Source of the DNA: Mustelus asterias
Taxonomy: Eukaryota
Assembly (NCBI RefSeq): GCF_964213995.1
Contig: NC_135808.1
Span: 34,596,001-34,660,000, forward strand
Direction of reading: 5' to 3'
DNA: 64,000 bases
Below are positions 27,190 to 38,900 of this stretch, piece by piece. The position numbers and the translations under genes were made by a program. Below the pieces are notes generated by a model. The model saw only the letters and a list, made by a program, of their open reading frames with translations, searched no databases and was not told the origin of the DNA. The first letter of the stretch is position 1. The number at the start of each line of letters is the position of its first letter.

Positions 27190-27925
27190 GATGATCTGCC
27201 TTCCTGAACTGCTGCAGTCCCTGTGGTGTCGGTAGACCCACAGTGCTATCAGGGGGGGAATTCCAGGAATCTGATCCAGCGACAGTGAAGGAACAGTGAT
27301 ATATTTACAAGTCAGGATGGTGGGTGAGTTGGAGCGGAACTTCAAGGTAATTGTCTTCACAGGCATTTGTTGCTCTTGCCCTTCAAGATGGTGGTGGTTG
27401 TGGATTTGGAAGATGCTGCCTAAGGAACTGCAGTTCCTGCTGTGCATCTTGTAGATGGTACACATGGCTGCCACTGTTCGTCTGTGGTGCAGGGAGTGGA
27501 TATGGTGCCAGTTAAGCAGTTGCTTTGTCCTGGATGGTGTCAAGCTTCTTGAGTATAGTTGGAGCTGCACCCATCAATCACTATCCTGACTTGTGCCTTG
27601 TAGATGGTGGATAGGCTTTGGGGAGTCAGGAGGTGAGTTATTCACCATAAGATTCCTAGCCTTTGACCTGCTCAAGTAGTCATAGTATTTATATGGCTAC
27701 ACCAGTTCAGTTTCTGGTCAATGGTAACCCCTATGATGTTGTTAGTGGGGGATTCAGTGATGGTAATGCCATTGAATATCAAGGGCAGTGGTTAGATCCT
27801 CTCTTGTTGGAGGTGGTCATTGCCTGGCATTTGTGGATGGTACTTGCCACTTGTCAGCCCAAACCTTGTCCAGGTCTTGGTACATTTGGACATGGACCGC
27901 TTCAGTATCTGAGCAATTGCTAATG
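27190..27925 (-). mobile_element. LINE 3' fragment, CR1/L2-group family of 60655-62291
   Basis: LHHRRTVAAMCTIYKMH is shared with 61209..62018. Confidence 0.8.
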
Positions 27926-28328
27926 ATACTGAACATTAGCAATGTTCAGTATCATTCAGTAATGACACTGAACATTACTGACCTCAGTAGGAGGCCAAGA
28001 TGAATCATCCACTCAACACTTTTGAAGATTGTTGCAAACGCTTCAGTCTTATCCTTAAATCATGAATGAGCTGGACTTTGGAGAGTGGTGCTGTCCAAAT
28101 GTAGCTCCATCTTCAGATGATCTGGTGATAACCACTGATGGATGCCTTCCGTCTTTGAGCCACCTTGCTATGAAGCAAGGTGCTAAGCTTCATGCTAAGC
28201 TTCTGTCAAATTGGCATGAGCGCATTGATGTGTGCAGCAGCATTTCTGTCTCTTGAAGGTTGCCATGGCCACTGAAATGTTCATGCCTGAAAGGAGAGCA
28301 TTATGTGTGAGTGCTGGCCAGGTGCTTA

Positions 28329-28682
28329 TCATAGAATCATAGAATCATAGAAACCCTACAGTACAGAAAGAGGCCATTCGGCCCATCAAGTCTGCACTGA
28401 CTACAATCCCACCCAGGCCCTACCCCCATATCCCTACATATTTACCCACTAATCCCTCTAACCTGCACATCTCAGGACACTAAGGGGCAATTTTAGCATG
28501 GCCAATCAACCTAACCCGCACATCTTTGGACTGTGGGAGGAAACCGAGCACCATGAGAAAACCCATGCAGACACGAGGAGAATGTGCAAACTCCACACAG
28601 ACAGTGACCCAAGCCGGGAATCGAACCCAGGTCCCTGGAGCTGTGAAGCAGCAGTGCTAACCACTGTGCTACCGTGCCGCCC
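28329..28682 (-). mobile_element. V-SINE (HE1-like)
   Basis: (atcataga)n tail, V-domain and tRNA-like head. Confidence 0.92.
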
Positions 28683-29104
28683 TATTACACAGCCTATTAT
28701 ACAGCCGCCACATGTCCCAATGGTGCTTAGGCCAAGGACGAGCCCATCATTAGGCTTGAATGTGACTTATCACTTTGAGATTGATGACCTTTTGTGAGAT
28801 ATTGAAGATGATGAGGAACAGCGCTCATATCAATTTGTCTTCACCTTATTCCTGCTGGAACTTTGTTCTTGTGAGGTTGTCACAGGCATGTCTTCCCCGT
28901 TTTGCCAGTGTAATGCCTTCTTCATGTGGCTTGCCTGAACCTCGCCCTCTTCAAAATCATCCTGTTCAATGTTCTTCACTTCTGAGGAGACGTACTCCTC
29001 CTCCATTTCTTCATGTGGCTATTCTCACCCTTTTTCAGCATTCAGCTGTGCAGGGCACAACACATAGCAATGATATGGAACACCCTTTGAATGTAGTGTT
29101 ATAA

Positions 29105-29490
29105 TCATAGCTCGGGTGTAGAGAAAGATCGGCTTAGTGCAAGATAGGTCGATTCAAAAGTCTGATGGTAGCAGGGAAGAAGATGTTCTTAAGTCGGTTG
29201 GTACGTGACCACAAACTTTTGTATCTTCTTCCCGATGGAAGGAGGAGGAAGACAGAATGTCCGGAGTGCGTGGGGTCCTTAATTATGCTGGCTGCTTTGC
29301 CGAGGCAGCGGGAAGTGTAGACAGAGTCAGTGGATGGGAAGCTGGTTTGCGTGATGGATTCAGCTACATTCATGACCTTTTGTAGATTCTTGCAGTCTTG
29401 AGCAGAGCAGGAGCCATACCAAGCTGTGATGCAACCTGTTTTCTATGGTGCATCTGTAAAAGTTGGTGAGAGTCCTGGCTGACATACCAA
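29105..29490 (-). mobile_element. Rex1/Babar-type LINE 3' fragment
   Basis: TNFYRCTIE; KAASIIKDPTHSGHSVFLLLPSGRRY. Confidence 0.85.
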
Positions 29491-29840
29491 AGAACACACC
29501 CGTCAACTCAACAGACTGACCAAGACCTTTGGTCCGGACCTTTAGACCACCCTCCGTGCTCTCATTCCACGTACTCCCCACGTTGGAGATCTCTACTGCC
29601 TCCCGAAGATACACAAGCCAAACACACCCGGCCGTCCCATTGTATCGGGCAATGGGACCCTGTGCGAGAACCTCTCCGGCTATGTCGAGGGCATCCTGAA
29701 ACCCATTGTACAAAGAACCCCCAGCTTTTGTCGTGACACTACGGACTTCCTACAGAAACTCAGCACACATGGAGCAGTTGAACCAGGAACACTCCTCGTC
29801 ACAATGGATGTCTCGGCACTCTACACCAGCATCCCCCACA

Positions 29841-31195
29841 ACAAAGAACAAAACAAAGAACAAAGAACAATACAGCACAGGAACAGGCCCTTCGGCCCTC
29901 CAAGCCCGTGCCGCTCCCCGGTCCAGGATTGAATCCTGAATCCAGGATCCCCGCCCAATTTTCCAGCCTATCTACATCCTAATATCCTATCCACCGAGCT
30001 GTCCCTCACAGCTACGATGCTTTGTTCATCACAACCTATTAACTCACCCCCACCCCCCCATTCCAGACCATGTGATCTCCAGGGAGAGGCGAAAACCCAG
30101 AGTGAAAACCCCAGTTCTCCACCCATCTAGCCACCTCCCCCTTTATCCCATGAGATCCAACCTTTTTCACTAGCCTACCATGAGGGACTTTGTCAAACGC
30201 TTTACTAAAGTCCATATAGACAACATCCACGGCCCTTCCTTCGTCAACCATTCTGGTCACTTCTTCAAAAAACACCACCAGGTTAGTGAGGCATGACCTC
30301 CCTCTCACAAAACCATGCTGACTATCGTTAATGAGTTTATTCCTTTCTAAATGCGCATACATCCTATCTCTAAGAATCTTCTCCAACAACTTCCCCACCA
30401 CGGACGTCAAGCTCACCGGCCTATAATTACCCGGGTTATCCTTCCTACCCTTCTTAAATAACGGGACCACATTGGCTATCCTCCAATCCTCTGGGACCTC
30501 ACCTGCGTCCAGTGACGAGACAAAGATTTGCGTCAGAGGCCCAACGATTTCACCTCTCGTCTCCTTGAGCAGCCTTGGATAGATTCCATCAGGCCCTGGG
30601 GACTTGTCAGTCTTTATATTCTCTAACAAACCTAACACTTCCTCCTTTGTAATGGAGATTTTCTCCAACGGTTCAACACTCCCCTCCGAGACACTCCCAG
30701 TCACCACATCCCTCTCCTTTGTGAATACCGACGCAAAGTATTCATTTAGGATCTCCCCTACTTCTTTGGGCTCCAAGCATAAGTCCCCACTTTTGTCCCT
30801 GAGAGGTCCGATTTTTTCCTAACAACCCTTTTGTTCCTAACGTATGAATAAAATGCCTTGGGATTCTCCTTAATCCTGTCTGCCAAGAACATTTCGTGAC
30901 CCTTTTTGCTCTTCTAATTCCCCGTTTGAGTACTTTCCTACTTTCTTTGTACTCCTCCAGAGCTCCCTCCGTTTTTAGCTGCTTGGACCTAACATACGCC
31001 TCTCTTTTCTTTTTGACCAGTCCCTCAATTTCCCTGGTTATCCACGGTTCTCTAATCCTACCCTTCCTATCCTTCTTTTTTACAGGCACATGCTTGTCCT
31101 GTAGCCCTAACAACCATTCCTTAAAAGACTGCCACATACCAGATGTGGATTTACCCTCAAACAGCCTCTCCCAATCAAGAGCTGCCAATTTCTGC
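29841..31195 (-). mobile_element. CR1 derivative inserted in the Penelope RT; ORF2 truncated and joined to a short novel 3' module
   Basis: ORF 30039..30776 stops being RT at RWVENW; (aaagaac)n tail at 29841; caac duplicated at both ends. Confidence 0.85.
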
Positions 31196-31820
31196 AACAG
31201 TGGCATTGCTGCAACGGCCTCAGTACTCAACGCCGACAACTGCCAGTTTCCAGATGCAATTTTACAACTCATCCGCTTCATCCTGGACCACAATGTGTTC
31301 ACCTTCAACAACCAGTTCTTCATCCAGACACACAGAACAGCCATGGGGACCAAATTCGCACCTCAATATGCCAACATCTTCATGCAACTTGGCCAATGTT
31401 GTCTACCTGATACGCTGCAGGAAAGGATGTCCCAAGGCATGGTACATTGGGGAGACCATGCAGACGCTACAACAACGGATGAATGAACACCGCTTGACAA
31501 TCACCAGGCACGAGTGTTCTCTTCCTGTTGGGGAGCACTTCAGTGGTCACGGGCATTCGGCCTCTGATCTTCGGGTAAGCGTTCTCCAAGGCGGCCTTCA
31601 CGACACACGACAGCGCAGAGTCGCTGAGCAGAGACTGATAGCCAAGTTCCGCACACATGAGGACGGCCTCAACCGGGATCTTGGGTTCATGTCACACTAT
31701 CTGTAACCCCCACAACGCGCCTGGGCTTGCAAAATCTCACAAACTGTCCTGTCTGGAGACAATACACATCTCTTTAACCTGTGCTTAACCCTCTCTCCAC
31801 TCACATTGTCTGTACCTTTA

Positions 31821-32772
31821 AAGAACAAAGAACAGTACAGCACAGGAAACAGGCCCTTCAGCCCTCCAAGCCTGTGCCGCTCCTTGGTCCAACTAGACCA
31901 ATCGTTTGTATCCCTCCATTCCCAGGCTGCTCATGTGACTATCCAGGTAAGTCTTAAACGATGTCAGCGTGCCTGCCTCCACCACCCTACTTGGCAGCGC
32001 ATTCCAGGCCCCCACCACCCTCTGTGTAAAAAACGTCCCTCTGATGTCTGAGTTATACTTCGCCCCTCTCAGCTTGAGCCTGTGACCCCTCGTGATCGTC
32101 ACCTCCGACCTGGGAAAAAGCTTCCCACTGTTCACCCTATCTATCCCCTTCATAATCTTGTATACCTCTATTAGATCTCCCCTCATTCTCCGTCTTTCCA
32201 AGGAGAACAACCCCAGTCTACCCAATCTCTCCTCATAGCCAAGACCCTCCATACCAGGCAACATCCTGGTAAACCTTCTCTGCACTCTCTCCAATGCCTC
32301 CACGTCCTTCTGGTAGTGCGGCGACCAGAACTGGACGCAGTACTCCAAATGTGGCCTAACCAGCGTTCTATACAGCTGCATCATCAGACTCCAGCTTTTA
32401 TACTCTATACCCCGTCCTATAAAGGCAAGCATACCATATGCCTTCTTCACCACCTTCTCCACCTGTGTTGCCACCTTCAAGGATTTGTGGACTTGCACAC
32501 CTAGGTCCCTCTGTGTTTCTATACTCCTGATGACTCTGCCATTTATTGTGTAACTCCTCCCTACATTATTTCTTCCAAAATGCATCACTTCGCATTTATC
32601 CGGATTAAACTCCATCTGCCACCTCTCCGCCCAATTTTCCAGCCTATCTATATCCTGCTGTATTGCTCGACAATGCTCTTCGCTATCCGCAATTCCAGCC
32701 ATCTTCGTGTCATCCGCAAACTTGCTGATTACACCAGTTACACCTTCTTCCAAATCATTTATATATATCACA
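31821..32772 (-). mobile_element. 5'-truncated CR1 inserted in the Penelope 3' region
   Basis: Open ORF 31893..32771 with FADDTK. Confidence 0.95.
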
Positions 32773-32875
32773 AATACTTAAGACTTGATTACCTGTAAAG
32801 ACTCGCATTCCAACCATTATTTTGTAAATTGAGTTTGTGTCTTTATATGCCCTGTTTGTGAACAGAACTCCCACT

Positions 32876-32910
32876 CACCTGATGAAGGAGGAGCGCTCCG
32901 AAAGCTTGTG
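32876..32910 (+). ncRNA. Minimal type I hammerhead ribozyme (Penelope pseudo-LTR)
   Basis: CAC-CTGATGA-A-GGAG..CTCC-GAAA-GCTT-GTG. Confidence 0.85.
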
Positions 32911-32982
32911 CTGCCAAATAAACCTGTTGGACTTTAACCTGGTGTTGTGAGACTTCTTACTGTGTTTACCCCAGTCCACATC

Positions 32983-35237
32983 AGGTTGCTGGAGGTAGTG
33001 GAAGCAAGACAGGACACCCTCTTGCCCCAGCAGGACATCATCCCAGGGGAAGCGACAGGAAAGCGACCTGGGATGCAGTGACTGCATCTGTGAGTGCCAT
33101 AGCACTGGCCAGAAAAACCGGCAAGCAGTGCCGCAAAAAGATCAATGACCTCCTCAAGGCAGAAAGGGTGAGTGTTTAACCCCAACTGGCATCTTCCCCC
33201 AAATCGCCCCAAGATCATCCCATCCCCAGCACCCTGCATGTCTCCAGCCCCTGACCCCCAAGCACCTCCTTCCTGCCCAGCACTCAAGAGTGTCATTGTG
33301 CTTGCCCTCTGAGTGCCACCCCCAATACTCTGCAGGAGTCATGCCATCATATTTTTCATGGCTCCTTCTGTCCCCACAGGAGGAGAATGCCCACAACTGC
33401 TGGCAGAGGGCAAAGACAGGGGGTGGTGAGCCTGACCTCCAAGTCCTCATCTCCATTGAGGAGCAGGCGCTGGAGCTCTCAGGAGAGGAGGACATCTGGG
33501 CCATCAGCAACAGCAAGGTCGAGGCTGGAGTCGAGAAGTGAGCGCCTGTCAATCCTCCACTCAGTTTGAGTCAATTACTCGGGGGGCATAGGTTTAAGGT
33601 ACAAGGGGCAAGGTTTGAAGGAGATGTACGAGGCATGTTTTTTCATACAGAGGTTGGTGGGTGCCTGGGACTCGCTACCGGGGGAGGTAGTGGCATGATA
33701 GTGACTTTTAAGGGGCATCTTGACAAATATATGAATAGGATGGGAATAGAGGGATATGGTCCCCAGAAAGGTCGAGGGGTTTTAGTTCAGATGGGCAGCA
33801 TGATAGGTGCAGGCTTGGAGGGCCAAAGGGCCTGTTCCTATGCTGTACTTTTCTTTGTTCTTTGTTCTATGTTCAGTGGAAAAATGTCAAGTAAGTTGCC
33901 TGAATCCCAGATTCCTCTCCCTCTCTCTCCTTGTGTCCTGTGTTGCAGGGAGGGACCCAGATGCGCCTGGGCCATCTGGCATCACGGCCCCCACTGCTGC
34001 TCCCACCCATCCAGCCCCAGTCACCTCTGACGATCCTCGGAGGAAGCAGGTGAAGGGACCTCTGACGGTGGCACCTTTTTGGCGACAGCTTCCACCTCAC
34101 AACTCACCATCCCATGTTGGTGGGTCAAGTTAGTGTTGAGGCATCTGGGTCACTTTCTGGTGAGCACGACACATCTGCTGATGTACAGGTGGAGGAGGGA
34201 ACATCTGAGGCCTCTGGCATGTGGGGGCCTGCCGGAGATGAGGACTCAGCTGGTCTCAGGCTATATGCTGGGCCTCTGAGATCACTTCTCCCTCAGCTGC
34301 TGGAGATGCAGCAACAGAGCCAGGGAATGCAGGAGGGGCTGACAGCCGCACTGGACCAACTGCGAGGCTGCTGGGAGGAATCCCAAAGCTTTCAGGTGGA
34401 CCAGCTATCACCTGTCTTGCGTGGTTCCCAGGCCAACACTGCAAGGGTGGCATCCGCAGTGGAAAGCCTGGGGCAAGGAATCCTCATCATGAGTGGCAGG
34501 GTCCAAGCAATGGCTGAGTCACAGCAGGGCCACAGCGGAGTCCCAGAGGGCAGCGGCTGAATCACAGCAGGCCATAGCTGAGGGACTCAACAGGCTTCCT
34601 GAGATTCTGTAGCCCATGGCTGAGAGGCTCGAGAGCTTGCAGGAGACCCAGTGGGACACGCTGAGACACAGTGGGCTATGGCAGCAGCCCATGAGAACGT
34701 GGCCCAGTCACAGAGGGTCATGGCTGAGGGACTGCAGAGCATGGCTCAGTCTCAGAGGACACTTGCTGCGGCCATTGACAGGCGGCCCCCGACTCAGGTG
34801 GCCATCGCAGAGGGCTCGACCACCATGGGTAGGATGCAGGGCCAGGTGATGCTGAAGCTTCTAGAGCTCACTGCAGAAGCACCGCCGTCTCATGAGTGAT
34901 CCAGGGGCCCACAGAATTCCTGAGGGGGGATGAAGGGCTCAAATCTGCGCCGGGGCCTTCCAGCCAGGAGACTGTGGCTGTGGCTACACCTTCTGACTCT
35001 CCCCCCCCCGACACCGGGGCATCTCAGGGGCAGCGGGATGCAGAGGCTGTCATGGATACATCCCAGACACCTGGAAGCCGGCCAGAGCCCTCAAGGTCCA
35101 GGCCCTCGAGAGAACGCCTGCCAAGGGCATCACAGGCCAGGGGGCAAGGTAGGCAGCTGGCCCCCTCAACCTCCAATGTACATCCTTGGGAGACACCGAG
35201 ACCTAGTAGTAGGCCACATGAGGTTAAGAAGTTGTAG
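32983..35237 (+). pseudogene. Harbinger 2 spliced Myb/SANT (trihelix-like) accessory gene with coiled-coil last exon
   Basis: Exon 1 ends WDAVT...QCRKKINDLLKAER|gtgagt (33167); exon 2 ccacag|EENAHN..KTGGG (33380 to about 33537); exon 3 from 33949; ends EVKKL*. Confidence 0.8.
33580..33872 (+). mobile_element. Short CR1 3' fragment in an intron of the accessory gene
   Basis: GHRFKVQGARF; tgttctttgttctatgtt tail. Confidence 0.85.
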
Positions 35238-35905
35238 CATCACTAAGATGGCACGGGTGAAGGGCAGCACTAAGTAGATAGACCCCTCAATGCCATTGAG
35301 AAAATGGAAGGCGCTCAAATAAATCACTGCCTAAAGTAGGTGGCATGCATTGGCAGCAACGTACAGCATCTGGCATGGCATCCCCAGAACCCATGAGCGA
35401 TTCCCTCCCCTCTCCCACTCCACCCACCCTGGGGCCCTGTATGGGGGTTTCAGACCCTTACCCACTACACAGAAGTGGATCCAGGTGCCAGTGTGCATGC
35501 GGAGCTCAGGTAGGAATCAGGCTAGTTTGCACCAGGGCATCATCATAATGGTGCTTAGCGAGTCGTCATCACCCTCCTGCCTGCCAAAGGCACTCGCTAA
35601 CACAGAGTACCCAGGCTCATTACACTGGTGTGACGATGTTGCAACAGGCTTCATGGACTCGCTAAGCACCAGGAGGTAATAGGACTTTGGGGAGGGGGGA
35701 ATGGAGCCCACGTACAGCAGCACAGGCCCCTAGTGAGCAAAGCGTCTGGTGATCAGGGCCTCCCTCGCCACCCTCGCATGCCTGGTCCTTGCTGCCAGCC
35801 CTCCAGCACCTGGGTGGTGTTGCTTGGCATTGTCCTCCTCTTCCTGCTGGGCGGCCTCTTCCCCAGCGACACCCGACCTCCGCGTCCTCCTCCTCCTCAA
35901 GAAGA

Positions 35906-38900
35906 TGATGCGCGTTATCACACACGAGGCTAGATGCTCAGGAAAAAAAGGGTTTTATTTGCTGTAACGAAGCAGCCAACAATTATATACACGATCCCAG
36001 ACTGAGGGGCTCCAGCCAGAGCAGGGACCTTTATACCTCTCCCAGGAGGCGGAGCCCGACTGGGATGTACCACAACACTACAGTACAAAGGTGTAACAAC
36101 CCCACCCTAACCCCAACAGCAACAAGTAGAACAACCCATCCCTAACCCAACAGCAACATATGTACATACTTGTAGTACTGGCCAGACCCTGGCTCAGTAC
36201 TATCTAGTGGGAACCATCGATGGTTCACCACATTCACCCCTCCTTTGAAAACAAAGGCCGGCGGGGTACAAAAAGAGAATAATTTGTCATCAGTCTATAA
36301 GTTCAGACGGTCAGGGGGACCGCACTGTCGTTGTGACCTCCTCAATACCGGTGGTGACACCGGAGTAGGCACTTGCGGTGGCGTTCTCCCCAAGGCGATG
36401 TCCAGCTGTTCCTCCACAGACTCACGGGCCGGTTGACCCTGAGGTGACGGTAATCCATGGAGTCCCGACACGCCCTGAAGTGGCGACCATCCTCTGGACT
36501 CAGGCAAGCTGTGCACGGGAGTAAAAGGGTTAAGCAATGGTCCCGATGCTGCCCGCGCCGTGTCCGGGGGGGAAACAAGAGTTATGGGGTTTGTAACAGG
36601 GGGTATGGGAGCGACAGGGGTTGCTACGTCCCCTGCTGGCGCCAGGTCTCGGATCAAGACCGTGTCCTCTCGCCCGTCAGGGTATGCCACATAGGCATAC
36701 TGCGGGTTGGCGTAGAGGAGATGGACCTGTTCGACCAACGGGTCGGACTTGCGGGCCCTTACATGTCGCTGCAGGAGGACAGGTCCTGAGTACGTCAACC
36801 AAGACGGTAAAGAGGTCCCCGAGGAAGACTTCCGAGGGAAGGAAAACATGCTCTCATGGGGAGTAGCATTGGTTGCCGTACACAGGAGTGAGCGAATAGA
36901 ATGGAGCGCATCAGGGAGCACCTCTTGCCAACGGGAGACTGGAAGGCTTTTTGACTTCAACGCCAGTAAGACAGCCTTCCAGACTGTAGCATTCTCACGT
37001 TCCACCTGTCCGTTACCCCTAGGGTTGTAGCTCGTGGTCCTACTAGAGGCAATCCCGTATGAGAGCAGGTATTGCCTCAAGTCATCGCTCATGAACGACG
37101 AGCCCCTGTCGCTGTGAATGTAGCCGGGGTACCCGAACAGGGTAAAACGATCGCGGAATGCCTTGACTAAATGTGCCCGGTCAGGTCGGTAAAAGTGCAG
37201 TTTGCATTCCGCGTATACCCGACAGCTTCTTGTTACTGACCTGACGTCCTCCTCCGAGTAGGGCAGATTGCGGGCTTTTATAAAGTGGTAGAGCCGAATG
37301 ACCCCAGGATGGCATAGGTCATTATGGAGAGCCTGCAAACGGTCCTCCTGTATACTGGCGCATGTTCCACACGAGAGGGCATCCGAGGGCTCATTGAGTT
37401 TCCCTGGACGATACATGATGTCATAGTTATAGGTGGAGAGTTCAATTCTCCACCGCAAGATCTTGTCATTCTTGATCTTGCCCCTCTGCGTGTTATTAAA
37501 CATGAACGCCACGGACCGCTGGTCCGTGATCAGGGTGAACCGTTTTCCCGCCAAGTAATGGCGCCAGTGCCTGACGGCCTCCACAATGGCCTGGGCCTCC
37601 TTTTCCACCGCTGAATGCCGGATTTCCGGGCCTTGGAGGGTGCGGGAAAAAAATGCGACGCGCCTGCCCGCCTGGTTAAGTGTGGCGGCCAGGGCGAAAT
37701 CAGATGCATCGCTCTCCACCTGAAAGGGGATGGACCCGTCTACCGCGTGCATCGTAGCTTTCACGATGTCGGCTTTTAATTTATCAAAGGCCAATCAGGC
37801 CTCTGGCGTTAGGGGAAAAGTAGTGGACTTAATGAGCGGACGGGCTTTGTCCGCGTAATTGGGAACCCACTGCGCATAATAAGAGAAGAAGCCTAAGCAT
37901 CTTCTCAGTGCTTTTGCACTAGTGGGCAAGGGAAGTTCGGAAAGGGGGCGCATACGGTCTGGATCAGGGCCAATGACCCCATTTTCCACCACGTATCCTA
38001 GGATGGCTAAATGGCGCGTACGAAATACACACTTCTCCCTGTTGTAGGTCAGGTTCAGGCGAGATGCAGTGCATAGGAAATTCAGGAGATTTGTGTCGTG
38101 GTCCTGCTGGTCATGGCCGCAGATGGTGACATTATCCAGGTATGGGAAGGTAGCCCGCAGCCCGTTCTGGTCCACCATTCGGTCCATAGCACGCTGGAAG
38201 ACCGAGACCCCATTGGTGACACCAAAGGGAACCCTTAGAAAGTGATACAAGCGACTATCTGCCTCAAAAGCCGTGTATTGTCGGTCCTCTGGGCGAATGG
38301 GGAGTTGGTGGTAGGCAGACTTGAGGTCTATGGTGGAGAACACCCGGTACTGCGCAATCTGATTGACCATGTCAGATATGCGCGGGAGTGGATACGCATC
38401 CAGCTGCGTGTATCGATTAATGGTCTGACTATAGTCAATGACCATCCGGGGTTTGTTCCCGCTCTTGACCACCACGACCTGCACTCTCCACGGACTAGCG
38501 CTGGGTTGTATGATCCTTTCTTTGAGGAGCCACTGAACCTCAGATCGAATGAAGATCCGATCCTCAGCGCTGTAACGCCTACTCTTAGTCGCAATGGGCT
38601 TGCAGCCTGGCACAAGATTCTGGAACAGGGAGGGTGTGGTGATCTTCAGCGTCGAGAGGCTACAGGCGTTGGGCAATTTGGAGGCTGCTGTTCTCCCACC
38701 GAAAGTGAAGGGAGTGGCCCACCGTACTGTAGGGTTACACTCCTCAAGTGGACCATGAAGTTAAGTACGAGAAGTATTGGCGCGCAAAGGTGTGGCAACA
38801 CTAGGAGCTTGAAACGCTCGTACACTGTGCCTTGCACCGTTAAAGTTACCACGCAACTCCCTAGCACGGTGACAGACCGGGACCTCGATGCCATAGAAAT

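Larger units (their letters stand above)
29491..32982 (+). mobile_element. Penelope-like element (RT, GIY-YIG, pseudo-LTR), internally deleted, with two CR1 insertions
   Basis: LPKIHKPNTPGRPIV, MDVSALYTSIPH, AMGTKFAPQYANIFM, VVYLIRC...WYIGET...RMNEH; hammerhead at 32876. Confidence 0.92.

Noticed and set aside
28000-29100. Possible further Harbinger accessory-gene remnant on - (RNGGG-like motif)
   Set aside because: Too degraded to support by eye.
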